Positions 13,436-26,342 of a DNA stretch of 64,000 nt are shown here, piece after piece. Each line of letters opens with the position of its first letter. The first letter of the stretch is position 1. A program made the position numbers and the translations under genes. The stretch comes from Heterodontus francisci (lineage: Eukaryota): assembly GCF_036365525.1 (NCBI RefSeq), contig NC_090404.1:7812001-7876000 (forward strand), read 5' to 3'. The notes beneath the pieces are model-generated. The model was not told where the DNA came from and did not search any database. It saw only the letters and a program-made list of their open reading frames with translations.

Positions 13436-15400
13436 TCTATTATAGATCTTGTTATAAGAAGCATTAGTGGAGTGCAGAAAGTGTAGGATGGAGCTAAAGA
13501 AAGCAATTAGGAGAGCAAAGAGGGGATATGAGAAAGCTCTGGCTGGTAAAAGTAGGGACAATCCATCGATATTCTGCAAGTACATCAATGGGAAGAAGAT
13601 AACCAGGGAAAGAGTAGGACCCATTAGGGACCAAGGGGGAAATCTATGGGTGGAGCCAGAGGACATTGGTAGGTTGTTGAACGAATACTTCACATCTGCC
13701 TTCACCCAATAGAATGAGAATGTAGATATGGAATTCAGAGAGAGAGAGAGAGAGACTGTGAGGCTCTTCAGCAAATTGTCATAGGGAGTGACAAGCTATT
13801 GGAGGTTTTGGCAGTCTTAAAATTGAACAAATCACCAGGTCCGGACGACTTGGGTCCCAGGATGCTGTGGGAGGCGAGGGTGGAGATTGCAGGGTCTCTG
13901 ACCCAAATTTTTAATTCCTTTCTGGCCACGCGGGAGTTGCCAGAGAACTGGAGAACAGATAATGTTGTCCCACTATTTCAGAAAGGTTGGAGAGATAAGC
14001 CAGGAAACTACAGACCAGCGAGTTTCACGTCAGTGGTAGGAAACTATTGGAGAAAATTCTGAAGGAGAGAATCTATCTCCATTTGGAGAGGCAAAATTTG
14101 ATTAGGAATAGTCAGCATGGCTTTGTCAGAGGGAGGTCATGCCTAACAAATTTGAATGAATTTTCTGAGCATGTGACCAGGTGTGTAGATGAGGGTAGTG
14201 CAGTTGATGTAGTTTACATGGATTTCAGGAAAACCTTTGACAAGTTCCCACATGGGAGACTTATCAAGAAAGCAAATGCACATGGGATACAGGGTAACTT
14301 GATAAGGTGGATTCAAAATTGGCTTAGCTGTAGGAGACAGAGAGTGATGACAGACGGCTGTTTTAGTGACTGGGAGCCAGTGTCCAATGGCGTACCACAG
14401 GGTTCTGTGATGGGTCCCCTATTGTTTGTCATTTATATAAACGACATAGATGACTATGTGGGGGGTAGGATCAGTAAGTTCGCGGATGACACAAAGATTG
14501 GCCGAAAGGTTAACAGTGAGGTTGAGTGTCTTGGGTTACAGGAAGATATTGGCAGGATGGTCAAATGGGCAGAAGAGTGGCAGATGGAATTTAACGCTGA
14601 AAGGTGTGAGGTCATACACTTTGGAAGGAGTAATGTGACATGGAAGTATTCAATGAATAGCCTGACAATGGGACGTTCTGAGGAACAAATGGACCTTGGC
14701 GTGTTTGTCCATAGATCTCTGAAGGCAGAAGGGCAGGTTAATAGGGTGGTGAAAAGGGCATATGGGACACTTGCCTTTGTCAATCGAGGCATAGATTACA
14801 AAAGCAGGGAGGTCATGTTGGAGTTGTATAGAACTTTGGTAAGGTTGGAGTACTTAGTGCAATTCTGGTCGCCACATTATAGGAAGGATGTGAGTGCACT
14901 GGAGGGGGTGCAAAGGCGTTTCACCAGGATGGTGCCTGGGATGGAATATTTAAGATATGAAGAGAGGTTGGATAAGCTTGGGTTGTTTTCGCTGGAGCAG
15001 AGAAGACTGAGGGGTGACCTGATCGAGGTGCACAAGATTATGAGGGGCATTGACAGGGTGGATAAGGAGCAGCTGTTCCCGTTAGTTGAAGGGTCAGTTA
15101 CGAGGGGACACAAATTTAAGGCGAGGGGCAGGAGGTTTAAGGGGCATTTGAGCAAGATCCCTTTTACACAGAGGGTGGTGACGGTCCAGAATGCACTGCC
15201 TGGGAGGATGGTGGAGGCGGGTTGCCTCACATCCTTTAAAAAGTATCTGGATGAGCACATCATAACATTCAAGGCTATGGGCCAAGTGCTGGCAAATGGG
15301 ATTAGGTAGACAGATCAGGTGTCGTTAATGCATCGGTGCAGACTCGATGGGCCGATAAGCCACTTCGGCACTGTATTATTCTGTGATTCTGTGATTGTGC
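13436..15400 (+). mobile_element. 5'-truncated CR1 LINE insertion (absent from paralog at ~51600)
   Basis: 420-aa RT ORF 14047-15309 (QHGF, GVPQGSV, KFADDTK) and an (ATTCTGTG)n-type tail at ~15378-15397. The flanks are contiguous in the paralog. Confidence 0.92.
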
Positions 15401-15849
15401 AAGGTCCAGATAACATTTTAGTGATCGGCAATCAGTGACTAAAAATGGTTGTATTTTGCCTGACTTTTATTTCAACTGCCTCCATATGTACAATCATTTT
15501 CCTCCTTTTCCATCCCCAGACTGAAATGTGGAAATTTCCAACTATAGAGACTTCTCCATATTGAATGACGATGTTTGAGAAATCAGACTGCAGTAATTTA
15601 TCTGTATCCCTGGTAACTGTTAATTGAAACAGCAGTGGGGAGTGATCGAGTGAGAGTGAGGTATTAATCGTCTCATAAAGGACAACAGGAGCACCCGAGT
15701 GAACTGGAGGGAAGTCCATTTGGAACCAGCAGGAAATTACCCGCTGAAAAGGAGAGCAATATTGGGCGATCACTCGCCGTTCCAAGTACAATCCGACATG
15801 AGAGTGGAGGTGAGGCTTATTGAGGGAAGGACTGCGATGGACACTGGCG

Positions 15850-17370
15850 TGGAATGTTGTGCACAGTTTTGATCTCCCCGCTTAAGGAAGGATCTACTTG
15901 CTTTGGAAGAAGTGCAACAAAGGCTCACTGGATGATTCCTGAGGGTAAAGGATGGTCCTAGGGGGAGTTTAACTAGAGTATGTCTTCATTTGCTAAACTT
16001 TCGTAAAATTTAGTGACAGAACTAAAACGTAAAAAATTATCAAAGGCCTTAACAGGGTAGATGTTGAGGCGGTGTTTCCTCAGGCTGGGAGGTTTAGAAC
16101 GAAGGGTTGCAATCTCACAACAAGGGGTAGGAAATTTAGAACTGAGATGAGGAGAAATGTCTTCAGTCAAATATTTGTTGCGAATCCGTGGTATTCTATA
16201 CCTCAGGGAGCTGTAGATGCTCAGTGGTTGAGTATATTCCAGGCACTGTTCACTAGATTGTTTGGATATTAAAGGAATAAAGGGATATGGGGAGAGTGAG
16301 GGAAGGTGATGTTGCGGTAGATCAACCATGATCTTATTGAATGGCAGAGCAGGCTGGATGGGTGGAATGGCCTCCTCCAGCTCCTACTTCTTACTTTATC
16401 AGCCTTAACTACTTGCACTCCAGAGAAAAGACATCAGCGGCATTCACACTAATCTGGATATTTTCAACAGACTGGGCCTCTTTTCTCTGGAAAATAGAGA
16501 ACCAATTGGAAACTTCATCGAAGTCTTTTCAATTATAAATGGATTCAATGGGTGGATGTGGGTGAATTCAGAACAAGGAGCAATTGATATAGAGTAGTCA
16601 CTAACAGAACAAATAAATTCATTCAGAAGAATACATTGCCAAAGAGACGCATCGGCAGAATGTTGAACTCGCTGCCACATGGAGTGGTTGGAGCATTGAT
16701 GCATCTATGGGGAGGCTTGAAAAATGCAGGAGGGAGAAAAGAATAGAGAGACACTGGGCTCAGTGTGGTAATCCATTATAAGTAGTGAAGTGTTGCTGCA
16801 GCTGTACAGAGCACTGGTTCGGCAACATCTGGAGTACTGTGCACAGTTTTGGTTTCCTTACTTAAGAAAGGATATAATTGAAGTTCAGAAAAGGTTCACT
16901 TGACTGATTCCTGTGTTATCTTTTGAGGAAAGGTTGTGCAGGTTGGGTCTATATCCACTGGAATGTAGAAGATTGAAAGGTGATCTTAGTCAAGCACATA
17001 AGATCCTGAGGGAACTTGACAGGGTGCATGCTGACAGGATGTTTCCAGTGTGGGAGAGTCTCGAACTGAGGTTCACAATTTTGAAAATAGCGGCCTCCCA
17101 TTTAATAGTGAGATGAGGAGTATTTTTCTCTCAGGGGGTTTGTTAGCCTGGGGAATTATCTTTCCCAGAGAGAAGTGGAGGCTGGGTCATTGAAAATATT
17201 CAAGGCTGTGTAAGGCAAGGGTATGGGGCGGGGGGTGGTGGTCGGCTGGCAGGAAATTGGAGTTCAGGCCACAATCCGATCAGTCATAGAACATAGAACA
17301 TAGAACATTACAGCGCAGTACAGGCCCTTCGGCCCTCGATGTTGCGCCGACCTGTGAAACCATCTGACCT
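15850..17370 (+). mobile_element. Cluster of degraded CR1 3'-end fragments plus a short inverted element tail (17283-17368)
   Basis: Residual peptides FRTEMRRNVF and EERLCRLGLYPLE; (catagaa)n tail. Paralog at ~52040-53540. Confidence 0.7.
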
Positions 17371-18081
17371 GAGGTCATCCAAACTGCTATCTCTTTCCTA
17401 ACTTGCACCAAGTCCCGTTCACCCATTACTTCTCTGCTCGCTGGCCCATATTGCCTGCTAGTTAAATAACGTCTTGCTGTGAAATTTTTCAATATTGTTT
17501 ACAAACCGCTCCATCTCATCCCCCCTTCCTATCATTGTAACTTCCTCCAGTAGTACAACCATACTTGAAATGTGTGCTCCTCCAATTCTGGCCTCTTGCA
17601 CATACCTGATATTAATCGCTGTACATTTGGCAGTGTTTCGTTCAGCTGGCAAGACGCCAAAACCTGGAATTCCCACCCTAAATCTCTTCGCCTAATTATC
17701 TCTCTACATTTGTCCCTTTTCCTCAATAAGACGCTACATAAAACCGAACTCTTCGACCAAGCTGTTTGTAATCTGCCTGAATATCTCCTTTCTGGTTCGG
17801 TTTCCACTTTTGCTCGTGTGAAGCCTTTGGGAGGTTTCACTCCGTCAAAGGCGCTATGTAAACACATTTTTTGTTGTTGGTTCATATGGCATTCACGGAT
17901 AGATTTGAAAACGTCCGTGACCAGTGTGCACAGTTGGTTACAGTTTGTGTGATAAACGGGCAAAATCCAATATTCTGTTCGTTTTATTCAAGCCCAGTGT
18001 GCGAGTGGAGCTCTCCTTGTAGAATATATATTTTGTTTATGATCCACCCGCTTAAAGTGTCTGTAATCCCCACCATGTTCA

Positions 18082-18120
18082 GATTTTTGTGCAGCTCTCG
18101 CCGTGTTCTGTATCACTGTG
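18082..18120 (-). other. Second (tandem, distal) 23-RSS of the supporting V
   Basis: Heptamer CACAGTG (18114-18120), 23-bp spacer, nonamer ACAAAAATC (18082-18090), exactly 63 bp from the proximal RSS. Confidence 0.85.
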
Positions 18121-18144
18121 TGGCTGTAATCTCCACCATGTTAA

Positions 18145-18183
18145 GGTTTTTGTACAGCTCTCTCCCTGTTCTGTATCACTGTG
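18145..18183 (-). other. 23-RSS of the supporting TCR-delta V
   Basis: Perfect CACAGTG-23-ACAAAAACC. Confidence 0.95.
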
Positions 18184-18489
18184 CTGTGCGTCGACTCAGT
18201 GCACAGTAATACACAGCGGAGTCGCTCAGTTGGAGGTTATAGATTTTTAACCGGCTGATTTTTTCGGCTGTATCCATAGAGGCAGAAATTCGACCCCCGG
18301 CTGCGTTTTCCTTATTCTGGTCTCCTGAAGTGTGTCTCTGAAGCAGGTATTTCGGAGCCTGCCCTGGGGACTGATGGTACCAGTGTACTGTGTACTGACA
18401 GAACCCTGAATATTCGCAGCTTAAAGTAACAGAGTCACCGGCAGCAGAGGTTTGTAGAGGCGGACTCCGAGACACCAGGGAACCGGAAT
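18184..18489 (-). CDS. Supporting TCR-delta V segment of NAR-TCR (leaderless, open)
   Basis: Acceptor ttctgcag, phase 1. Reads SGSLVSRSPPLQTSAAGDSVTLSCEYSGFCQYTVHWYHQSPGQAPKYLL...LQLSDSAVYYCALSRRT, with canonical C/W/YYC plus a CDR1 Cys. No leader exon seen before the NAR J at 25511. Confidence 0.92.
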
Positions 18490-20959
18490 CTGCAGAATAA
18501 AAATTAACATTATAGTGTATTTAGTTGCTGTTTACCCCGAGACAACTGTCAATCACAGACATTGCCTGACTTCCGCGGTAATTCTGTTCTTCATTTGAAG
18601 CCCGGTCGTAGTTTATTCACTTTAATAGGCAAAGGAACCAGCTAGGAGCTGCGGAGAAATGTATTTATACAACCTGTTGTTAAGATCCAAAATGCACTGC
18701 CTGAAGAAGCGGTGGAAGCAGATTCAATAATAGCTTTCAACAGGGAATTGGATAGATACTGGAGAAGGAAGAATTGGTTGGGCTGTGGGGAAAGAGCAGG
18801 GAGAGTGGGACTAATTGAACAGCTCGATCACAGGCAAGATGGGCTGAATAATTTCAGTCTGTGTTGTATCATTCTATAATTACTATTAAATTTCTGATTC
18901 TATTTTTCTTGGTGAAAGACAAACAGTGGAAACGTTTTAATAGTCTATTCTCCTCATGGAGACAATCATCTTCCAAAAGTAAATGTTTGACCGAGAGTAG
19001 CGCAATTTTGTTATGTTTAACTGAGCACAGCAAGATGCAACAGAATGCAGTGAGATACGTGAGAACGATTGAGCCAAGTGACGCTTAGCACCTTTGTTTA
19101 GAAGATTAGAGTTTAACTACAGTTTCACGCTTCAAGGGAGCTCCTGTCTGACCGAAGCTTTATTTATTTATTTTATTCCCAATACGGGGCCCGTTTTGTT
19201 CAGTTTCACTTTAATCTCGGATTTATACGGGTACTTTCATTTTATTTCTAAGTCTGGATCACTCATTTTGTACTAGTTTCGCTTTTTGCCATTTTGGGAA
19301 CTTGTCCCAAAGTCTCTCAGTTGTCGGTTGGGTTCAGTTTGTGCAGTTTCCGCAGTGGTTTAACTGTTACTGACTGGGAACAGGTTCTTCCGGCTCTCTG
19401 ACAATTTCAATTCCTGCAGCCCATTGGCTGAGTATCGACCCTGTTCGCAAAGTGGATTTCCTCTAAGTATAATATCATTCTGAATCTACAGAACCTGAAT
19501 AGGCAATTCGGCCCAATTGGTCTATGCCGGATTTTATACTCCACAGGAGCCACCTCCCGCTTTAATAGCCTCTTCCCACCCTCACTTCTTTGTCCCTTTA
19601 TTCCTTTCTCCCTCCCGCATTTTCAAGCCTCACCTGAAGGGTATCAATGACATTCTCCAACTATTCCCTCTGGCAGGGTGTTCCACGTTCTGACTTCTCT
19701 CTGTGTAAATAAATTATTCCAAATGTCTTTCTTTGTGCGGTCGGTGACTATCTTATATTTATGGCTCTTTGCTCTGGACTCACTGACAATTGAAAGCATC
19801 ATCTCCACCTGTACCCTTTACAACAACTTTTGCATTTTAATGATGTCCACCAGGTCTCCTCGCTGTCTTCTCTTTTCCAGAGATAGGAGCTTGAGGCTGT
19901 TAAATCTTTCCAGATAGGTGTGGATTGCTGTTGATGTCTTTTCTCAGGTATATTAGAAATCCAAAGGTGAGAAAAGGTCCGGAGTCCAATCGTAGCCCGT
20001 CCCTCCAGTGAATCTCACTTCCGGCCGTTGGTTTGTATTTGAACAGCCCTGAAATCGGTGTCTCCAGACCCCCGCCAGGCCATTGAAGTCTGGTATGTCT
20101 CTCCCTTTCATTGAATTATTTCTTGCTGGTATTAAATGGACTTTCTGCCAGTCTGCAATCGTTACCTAGGCTGTTACTGTGCCCTTTTTTTAAGAACATG
20201 AGTACCTCGCTCTCACTCATTCACTGCTTACTGTTTCTTCAGTTAACACTAACCAAGGATGCATTCCTGCAAACCTTTCTCTCATACATGAAAACTACCT
20301 ATTACCTAGAACATAATAGAACGTATAGCACAGAACTAGCGCATTCGGCCCAAATGATGCATGCCGTACGTCCATACACGCTCCTTCATCTCACCTTATC
20401 ATGATATCATTCTATTCTTTTCTCCCTCAAACGTTACGGGAGCTCCCCCTTGAATGAACTGATTCTGTTCGCCTCAACTACTCCACGTGATAGCATGTTC
20501 CACATTCTAACCACTGCCTGAGGGATAACGTTTCTACTGAACAGTTTTGTGGTGTTATTAAGAACATAAGACCATGAGAGATGAGCAATAGTCAGCCACA
20601 TGGCCAATGTGGAAAACCTAGAACTTAGAGTCAAAGTCCGAGGACAAGGAGTGACTCATTTAGGACTGTGGTCAGGAGACATTCTTCACTCAGGCAGCTG
20701 TGAAACATTGGACTTGCCTAACCTAGAGGGCTATTGATATTCTGTCAATTACTACACCAGGTTCTGACTCAGCAAAGCTCTGGAGAATTGCTGCAAGACT
20801 TTCGCACTCTTATACTCCAAGGGACTTGCAATAAAGGCTAATATAATAATTCCCTTCCTAATTGCTTGCTGTACCTGCAAGTCAACGTTCCATGATTGTG
20901 ATTGCTGTATAAGTTACACCAAATCCCTCTGAATAACAATATTTGCTACTCTCTCACCT

Positions 20960-23110
20960 TTTACAGATATTCTTCTTATCAAAGTGGACAGGATTATTGG
21001 ACGGAGAGAGTAAACAATGGCAATGCAGTTGATGTAATTTATCTGGATTTTCATAAGGTGTCCCAAAATAGACTAAGGAATAAGGTCAGAGAATGAGAAG
21101 TCAAGGAACTAGTGGTAGAATAGATTGTTAGCTGGCTTCACGACAGAAAGCAGGTCGTGGGAGTGAAGGGTATTTTTTTCAGAATGGCAGAAAGTGAGAA
21201 GTGGTATTCTGCAAGTCAGTTCTGGGACCACTGCTGTTCTTAGTTGGCATTAATCCAAAGCACAATTTCAAAATTTGACACCATATTATGTGGTGCTGGG
21301 TGAGTGGGGTGGGAGGGGAGGGGGGGGGGGGGGGGTTGGGGTTGGCAGTTCTGAGGTAGATAACAACATATTACAGGAGGATACCAATACACTTGCAGAA
21401 TAGGAAAATAATTGGCAAATGAAGTTCTACATGTGAGGTATTACACTTTGGAAGCAAGAATAAGGAAATCACTTATTTCTTGGAAAATGCGAGTCTAGGT
21501 TGGGTGGAGGACAAAGAGATCACGGATTACCAATACGCCAAACACTAAAAGTTGCGTCACGGGTTAGCAATGCTAAAAAAAGCAAACCAAGCCCTGGGCT
21601 TGAGAGATGGAATTACAAAGTAGGGAAGTTATGCTAAACGTTAGTTAGACCCACTTAGAGTACAGTGCACAGTTCTGATCGCTGTATTATAAAAACGTAT
21701 ATGGAAGCAGTGGAGAGGGTTAGAGAAGATTTAAAGAGCTGTTGCCAGAAAAGGGAGGTAGAGCGAAAGCAGGGAATAAAACACCAGTCAGCCTGACGTC
21801 GGGAGTGGGGAAAATTCTGGAGTCCATTATCAAAGATTTTATAGCAGAGCAGTTGGAGATCAGTGGTAAAATCGGACAGACAGCGTGGATTTACGAAAGG
21901 GAAATCATGCTTAAAAAATCGACTAGAATTCTTCGAGGATGTAACTAGTGGATTTGATGAGGGAGAGCCAGTGGATGTGGTTTATTTGGACTTTCAGAAG
22001 TCTTTCGACAAAATCCACATAAGAGATTAGCATGTAAAATTACAGCGCATGGGTTTAAGTGTAGTGTATTACATTGGATAGAAAATTGGTTGGCAGACAG
22101 GAAACAAACAGTAGGGATAAATGGGTCTTTTCCCAAATGGCAGCAAGTGGGGTACCGCAAGGAGCTGTGCTAGGACCCCAGCTAGTCACAATATGTATTA
22201 ATGATTTAGATGAGGGAACTAAATGTAATATCTCCAAATTTGCAGGTGACACAAAACTGGGTGGGAGGGTGAGTTGTGAGGAGGATGCAGAGAGGCTTCA
22301 GGGTGATTTGGACAAGTTGAGTGAGTGGGCTAATGCATTGCAGATGCAGTATAATGTGGATAAATATGAGGTTATCCACTTTGGTAGCAAAACCAGGAAG
22401 GCAGATTATTATCTGAACAGCTATAAACTGAGAGAGGGGAATATGCAGCGAGACCTGGGTGTTCTCGTACACCAGTCGCTGAAGGTAAGCATGCAGGTGC
22501 AACAGGTGGTCAAAAAGGTAAATTGTATGTTGGCCTTCATAGTAAGAGGATTTGAGTACAGGAGCAGGGATGTCTTGCTGCAATTATACAGGGCCTTGGT
22601 GAGGCCACACCTGGAATATTGTGTGCAGTGTTGGTCTCCATATCTGAGGAAGGGTGTTCTTGCTATAGAGGGAGTGCAGCGAAGGCTTACCAGACTGGTT
22701 CCTGTGATGGTGGGACTGACGTATGAGGAGAGAGTGAGTCGGTTAGGATTATATTCGCTGGAGTTCAGAAAAGTGAGTGGGGGATCTCATAGAAACCTAT
22801 AAAATTCGAACAGGATTTGACAGGGTAGATGCAGGAAGGATGTTCCCGATGGTGGGGGTGTCCAGAACCGGGGTCATAGTCTAAGGATACGGGGTAAACC
22901 TTTCAGGACTGAGATGAGGAGAAATTTCTTCACCCAGAGAGTGGTGAGCCTGTGGAATTCGCTACGACAGAAAGCAATTGAGGCCAAAATATTGTATGTT
23001 TTCAAGAAGGAGTTAGATATAGCTCTGGGTCTAAAGGGATCAAAGGGTATGGCGGAAAGAGGGAACAGGTTGCTGAGTTGGATGATCAGCCCTGATCATA
23101 ATAAATGGCG
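20960..23110 (+). mobile_element. CR1-type LINE fragments in the J-to-supporting-V intron
   Basis: ORF 22074-22802 ([24 protein letters not shown]) and the MRRNFFTQRVV C-terminus. Confidence 0.88.
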
Positions 23111-23149
23111 GAGCTGTATCTGTAAGTAAATAAAATAAACAATTAAGCA

Positions 23150-24740
23150 ACGTGGCACGTTATCAAATGCCTTCTGAAAATCCAAAAATACTGTGTTCAC
23201 TGATTCCCTTTTATCTACGTTGATTCTGCCCAGTCAAATTACGATTTTCCAATTACACTCTTACCACTACCCCAATAAGAGATACTAATATTTTCTACAT
23301 TACTGATGCTAACTGGCTCTATTTTTTCTATCCCTCCTTTCTTGAACCATGGGGTTACATTTTCTACCTTCCATTCCACGTATGCCATTCTAGAATCTCG
23401 GGAATTCTGAGATCAAACCAATAACTTCACTATTCCAGATAATTCCAGATAATTATTTTAAACCCCTAGGACTAGGCAATCGGTTCTAGGGGATTTATGA
23501 GCTTTTATTCCCAACAATGTTCCAGTATCTTACAGCCCTGATTCTGCACAATTGCCATTATGTTCTTTGTGTTCTCTACTGCAAAGGCAGAGACTAAGTA
23601 TCTGTTTAAAGTGTCTGCCATTTCCTCGTTCCCAATTATAATTTCTCTTCTCTCTGCCTCTGAGAGCCCACGCTTATTTTCACTGTTCTCTTCCTTTCAA
23701 CATATTTGTAAAAGCTCTTACAAACTTTGATTTAATTTTTCTTCCTCGGTTATTCTTTATTTCTTCCATCTTTATTATTTTATGGTCATCCTTTGCTGAT
23801 TTGTGAAACCCTCCCAATCCTCAGACCTGCTACTCTGACAACATTGTAAGCCTTTTAGCTAAGTATTATACTATCCTTAACTTTATTGGATTTTCCATGG
23901 CAATACCACTTAACCAGTGGAATTTGCTATTCCTCAATGGAATGCATGTTCGTTCAGAATTCGTAATAATTTATTTAAATGTTTGTCATTGCTTAGCGAC
24001 CATTATATGTTTTAATCTAATCTCCCACTCTAACTCAGCCCTCATTCATTGGCCTTGTTCAAATTTAAGGCCCTGGTTGCGGGCTTAACCACTTTACTCT
24101 GAAATTGAATAGGACATCTATCATGAATCCTTTACTTTAACTTTATGAATTAATAATTTCGTTACAAAATACTATATCTAAGTAGTCGATTCTGTAGTTA
24201 GTTTCCTCGACATATTGTTCTAGAACATATCGAATGCATTCCAGGAACTCGTCCTCCAATCTACTTTTGTCAATTTGGTTTTCCCGCTCTATATAAAGAT
24301 TACAGTCCCCAATGATTTTTGCATTCACCATGTTACATGCTCCTCTAACTTGCTGATTTATACTCTGTCTAACACTATGGTTGTTTTTAAATGCTCCGGT
24401 CTTTTCTCCACTTTGTCATTTCGTAGCTCCATCATACTGATTTTAGATCCTGACATTTTGGTCTAAGTTAATTTATCACTAGTGCTTTTATCTCATTCTT
24501 TATTATCAGGCATAACCCACTTCTTTTTTTTTAATTTTGTCAGGCTTTTCCAAAAGTCAAATACCCCTGTATATTTAGTTTCCAACTTTGCATCACCCTG
24601 TAACCATATCTCATTAATGGCGACTTGATCGAATACATTAATCTGTATTTGTGCCATTAATTCACCTGTCTTGTTATGAATGTTTTGTGCGTTCAATAAT
24701 AGCGCCTTTCATTTTAACTTTTTACTCAGGTCCTATTACC
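23150..24740 (-). mobile_element. Old, degraded CR1-type fragment (endonuclease-region remnants); paralog ~59040-61360
   Basis: Residual peptides IIGDCNL, EFLECIR and AINEIWLQ. Confidence 0.65.
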
Positions 24741-25510
24741 GTTATTAAACCATCTGTACCTTTCTGACACAAACTGCTGATTTTATCCGGATCGGTACTC
24801 TGCTCTACAACCTTGACACATCTTTTCAAACTTACTAATTTAGCATTGGGATTATATTGTATCCCCTATTTAACTGTTGGTATCGGATAGGCCGCTGAAG
24901 GTATCGAAATGTTGGACTCACACTGCCGGTACCTCATTCACACTGCCCCACCTGGAATGGAATATTCTGCCTAAGAGAGAGAGAAAGAGAACTCTGTCAC
25001 CCTCTCCCGTGCTCAAAGGGACAGACAGAGCTTCCTCAGTCACAGTGAACAGCGGGAGCGGAGGCTGGAGTCTCGACAATCTGCGCTCATTTAAACCAAC
25101 TGTTCATCAGAGTGAGAAGAGTCTGGGATGTTTTGGGGATTCTCCGAGGTCCACGTTAAACCGCTGATGTTCCAGATGGTGTCAACACCCCGCAGACTGC
25201 CATCTCTGTGGGGATCTCACCTCATCTCTCCAGACACAAAACGAGACCGTACACCCGGTTCATCCAATACTCTGCTGCCCATGTCCTAACTTGCAGCAAG
25301 TCACATTCACCCATCACCCCTGTACTCCCTGACCTACATTGGCTCCAGAATAAGCAATGCCTTGAATTTAAACCTGGAATGGAAAAGGTCCATTAGGGAA
25401 CTGCTCGGATTTATTTTTAAGGGATTGAGGTGATAGTGATCGCGATTATAAACTGAAGGTGAACATTCACTCTGATAGTCTGTAGCACGACGGGTTTTCC
25501 AGTCACTTAC

Positions 25511-25563
25511 GGGTTGTGACAGTCACGACCGTCCCGGATCCATCCACGTATCTAGTCTCGGAA
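25511..25563 (-). CDS. NAR-TCR J segment
   Basis: Reads ETRYVDGSGTVVTVTT with phase-1 donor C|GTAAGT. The DGxG FR4 motif is IgNAR-like. Confidence 0.92.
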
Positions 25564-25602
25564 CACGGTGATACCACTCTCAGTCAACCCAGTACAAGAA
25601 CT
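25564..25602 (-). other. J 23-RSS
   Basis: Read outward from J: CACGGTG, 23-bp spacer, ACAAGAACT. Confidence 0.9.
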
Positions 25603-25910
25603 ACCGACACCTCAATCTGCCGGTCACACATCATGAGGTAGTCCAGTTATTCCAGGGATTTTAGATCAATAAATATTCTGCCATGTTTCATATTCCCTGT
25701 CGATTCAAATCGTTCTTTGTGAAACTCTGAGCTGTTGGTAAAATGCCCCAGGAACTCGGGCCGGAGATGGTCGCTTCATAGAATGGGAGAGAAATTTCAG
25801 ACAAAGATAACAGAAAGGAGGAAATTACAATAACCTTAAACCATATTGCAGTGAAAATAACCCTACAATTCAGGATTTGCACCCAGTGGTTTCTATTTTA
25901 ATCGTACAGT

Positions 25911-25980
25911 GGTATTTGTTCAGGTCTGTCCCATCGTGGCCACCCCAGTAAACACAGTGTTTCAAGTCAGCATCAAATCC
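25911..25980 (-). other. NAR-TCR D segment (25939-25952, TTTACTGGGGTGGC) flanked by 12/12 RSSs
   Basis: 5' side GGATTTGAT-12-CACTGTG; 3' side CACGATG-12-ACAAATACC. Paralog at 50557-50571. The core reappears in the joined exons. Confidence 0.88.
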
Positions 25981-26304
25981 CCCGGTACTTGGTGAGATGT
26001 GGAGATATTAGTTAAACGGCTGGGTTGCTGTTTACGGTTCCATCAGTTAGATCAGGATCCCATCTGGTGTCAGGGACTTGTAACTGGTATCAGTCATTCC
26101 CAATTGCCGCTCAGTAACACAAATCCTGGGAAAGACATTACCATCCGCACACACTCAGCATCTATAAAACTCAAGATGTTAACGGCAATAATCCAATCTC
26201 ATTATAAACTAGACTGTGGGGCAGACGGTGGGAGGCGGAACTGTGGGGTTTAACAGCAGATTAACTCCACTTTTTCATTTGTTTCTGTGATAATCTGCAG
26301 TGAG

Positions 26305-26342
26305 AGTTTTTGCACCGCAGGAAGCCGAGGCCCATCACTGTG
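26305..26342 (-). other. NAR V RSS (22-bp spacer, 23 class)
   Basis: CACAGTG-22-GCAAAAACT. Confidence 0.9.

Noticed and set aside
14047-15309. Active retrotransposon or host gene
   Set aside because: 5'-truncated, upstream ORF2 pieces are in different frames, and there is no ORF1 or endonuclease domain.
25020-25065. CACAGTG in the post-J intron (also ~61706, ~62832, ~63942) as a cryptic RSS
   Set aside because: No nonamer at 12- or 23-bp spacing and no adjacent coding segment.
26090-26135. Possible second D segment between V and D
   Set aside because: Only a vague nonamer-like stretch; no CAC heptamer pair in either this cassette or the paralog (~50385-50430).
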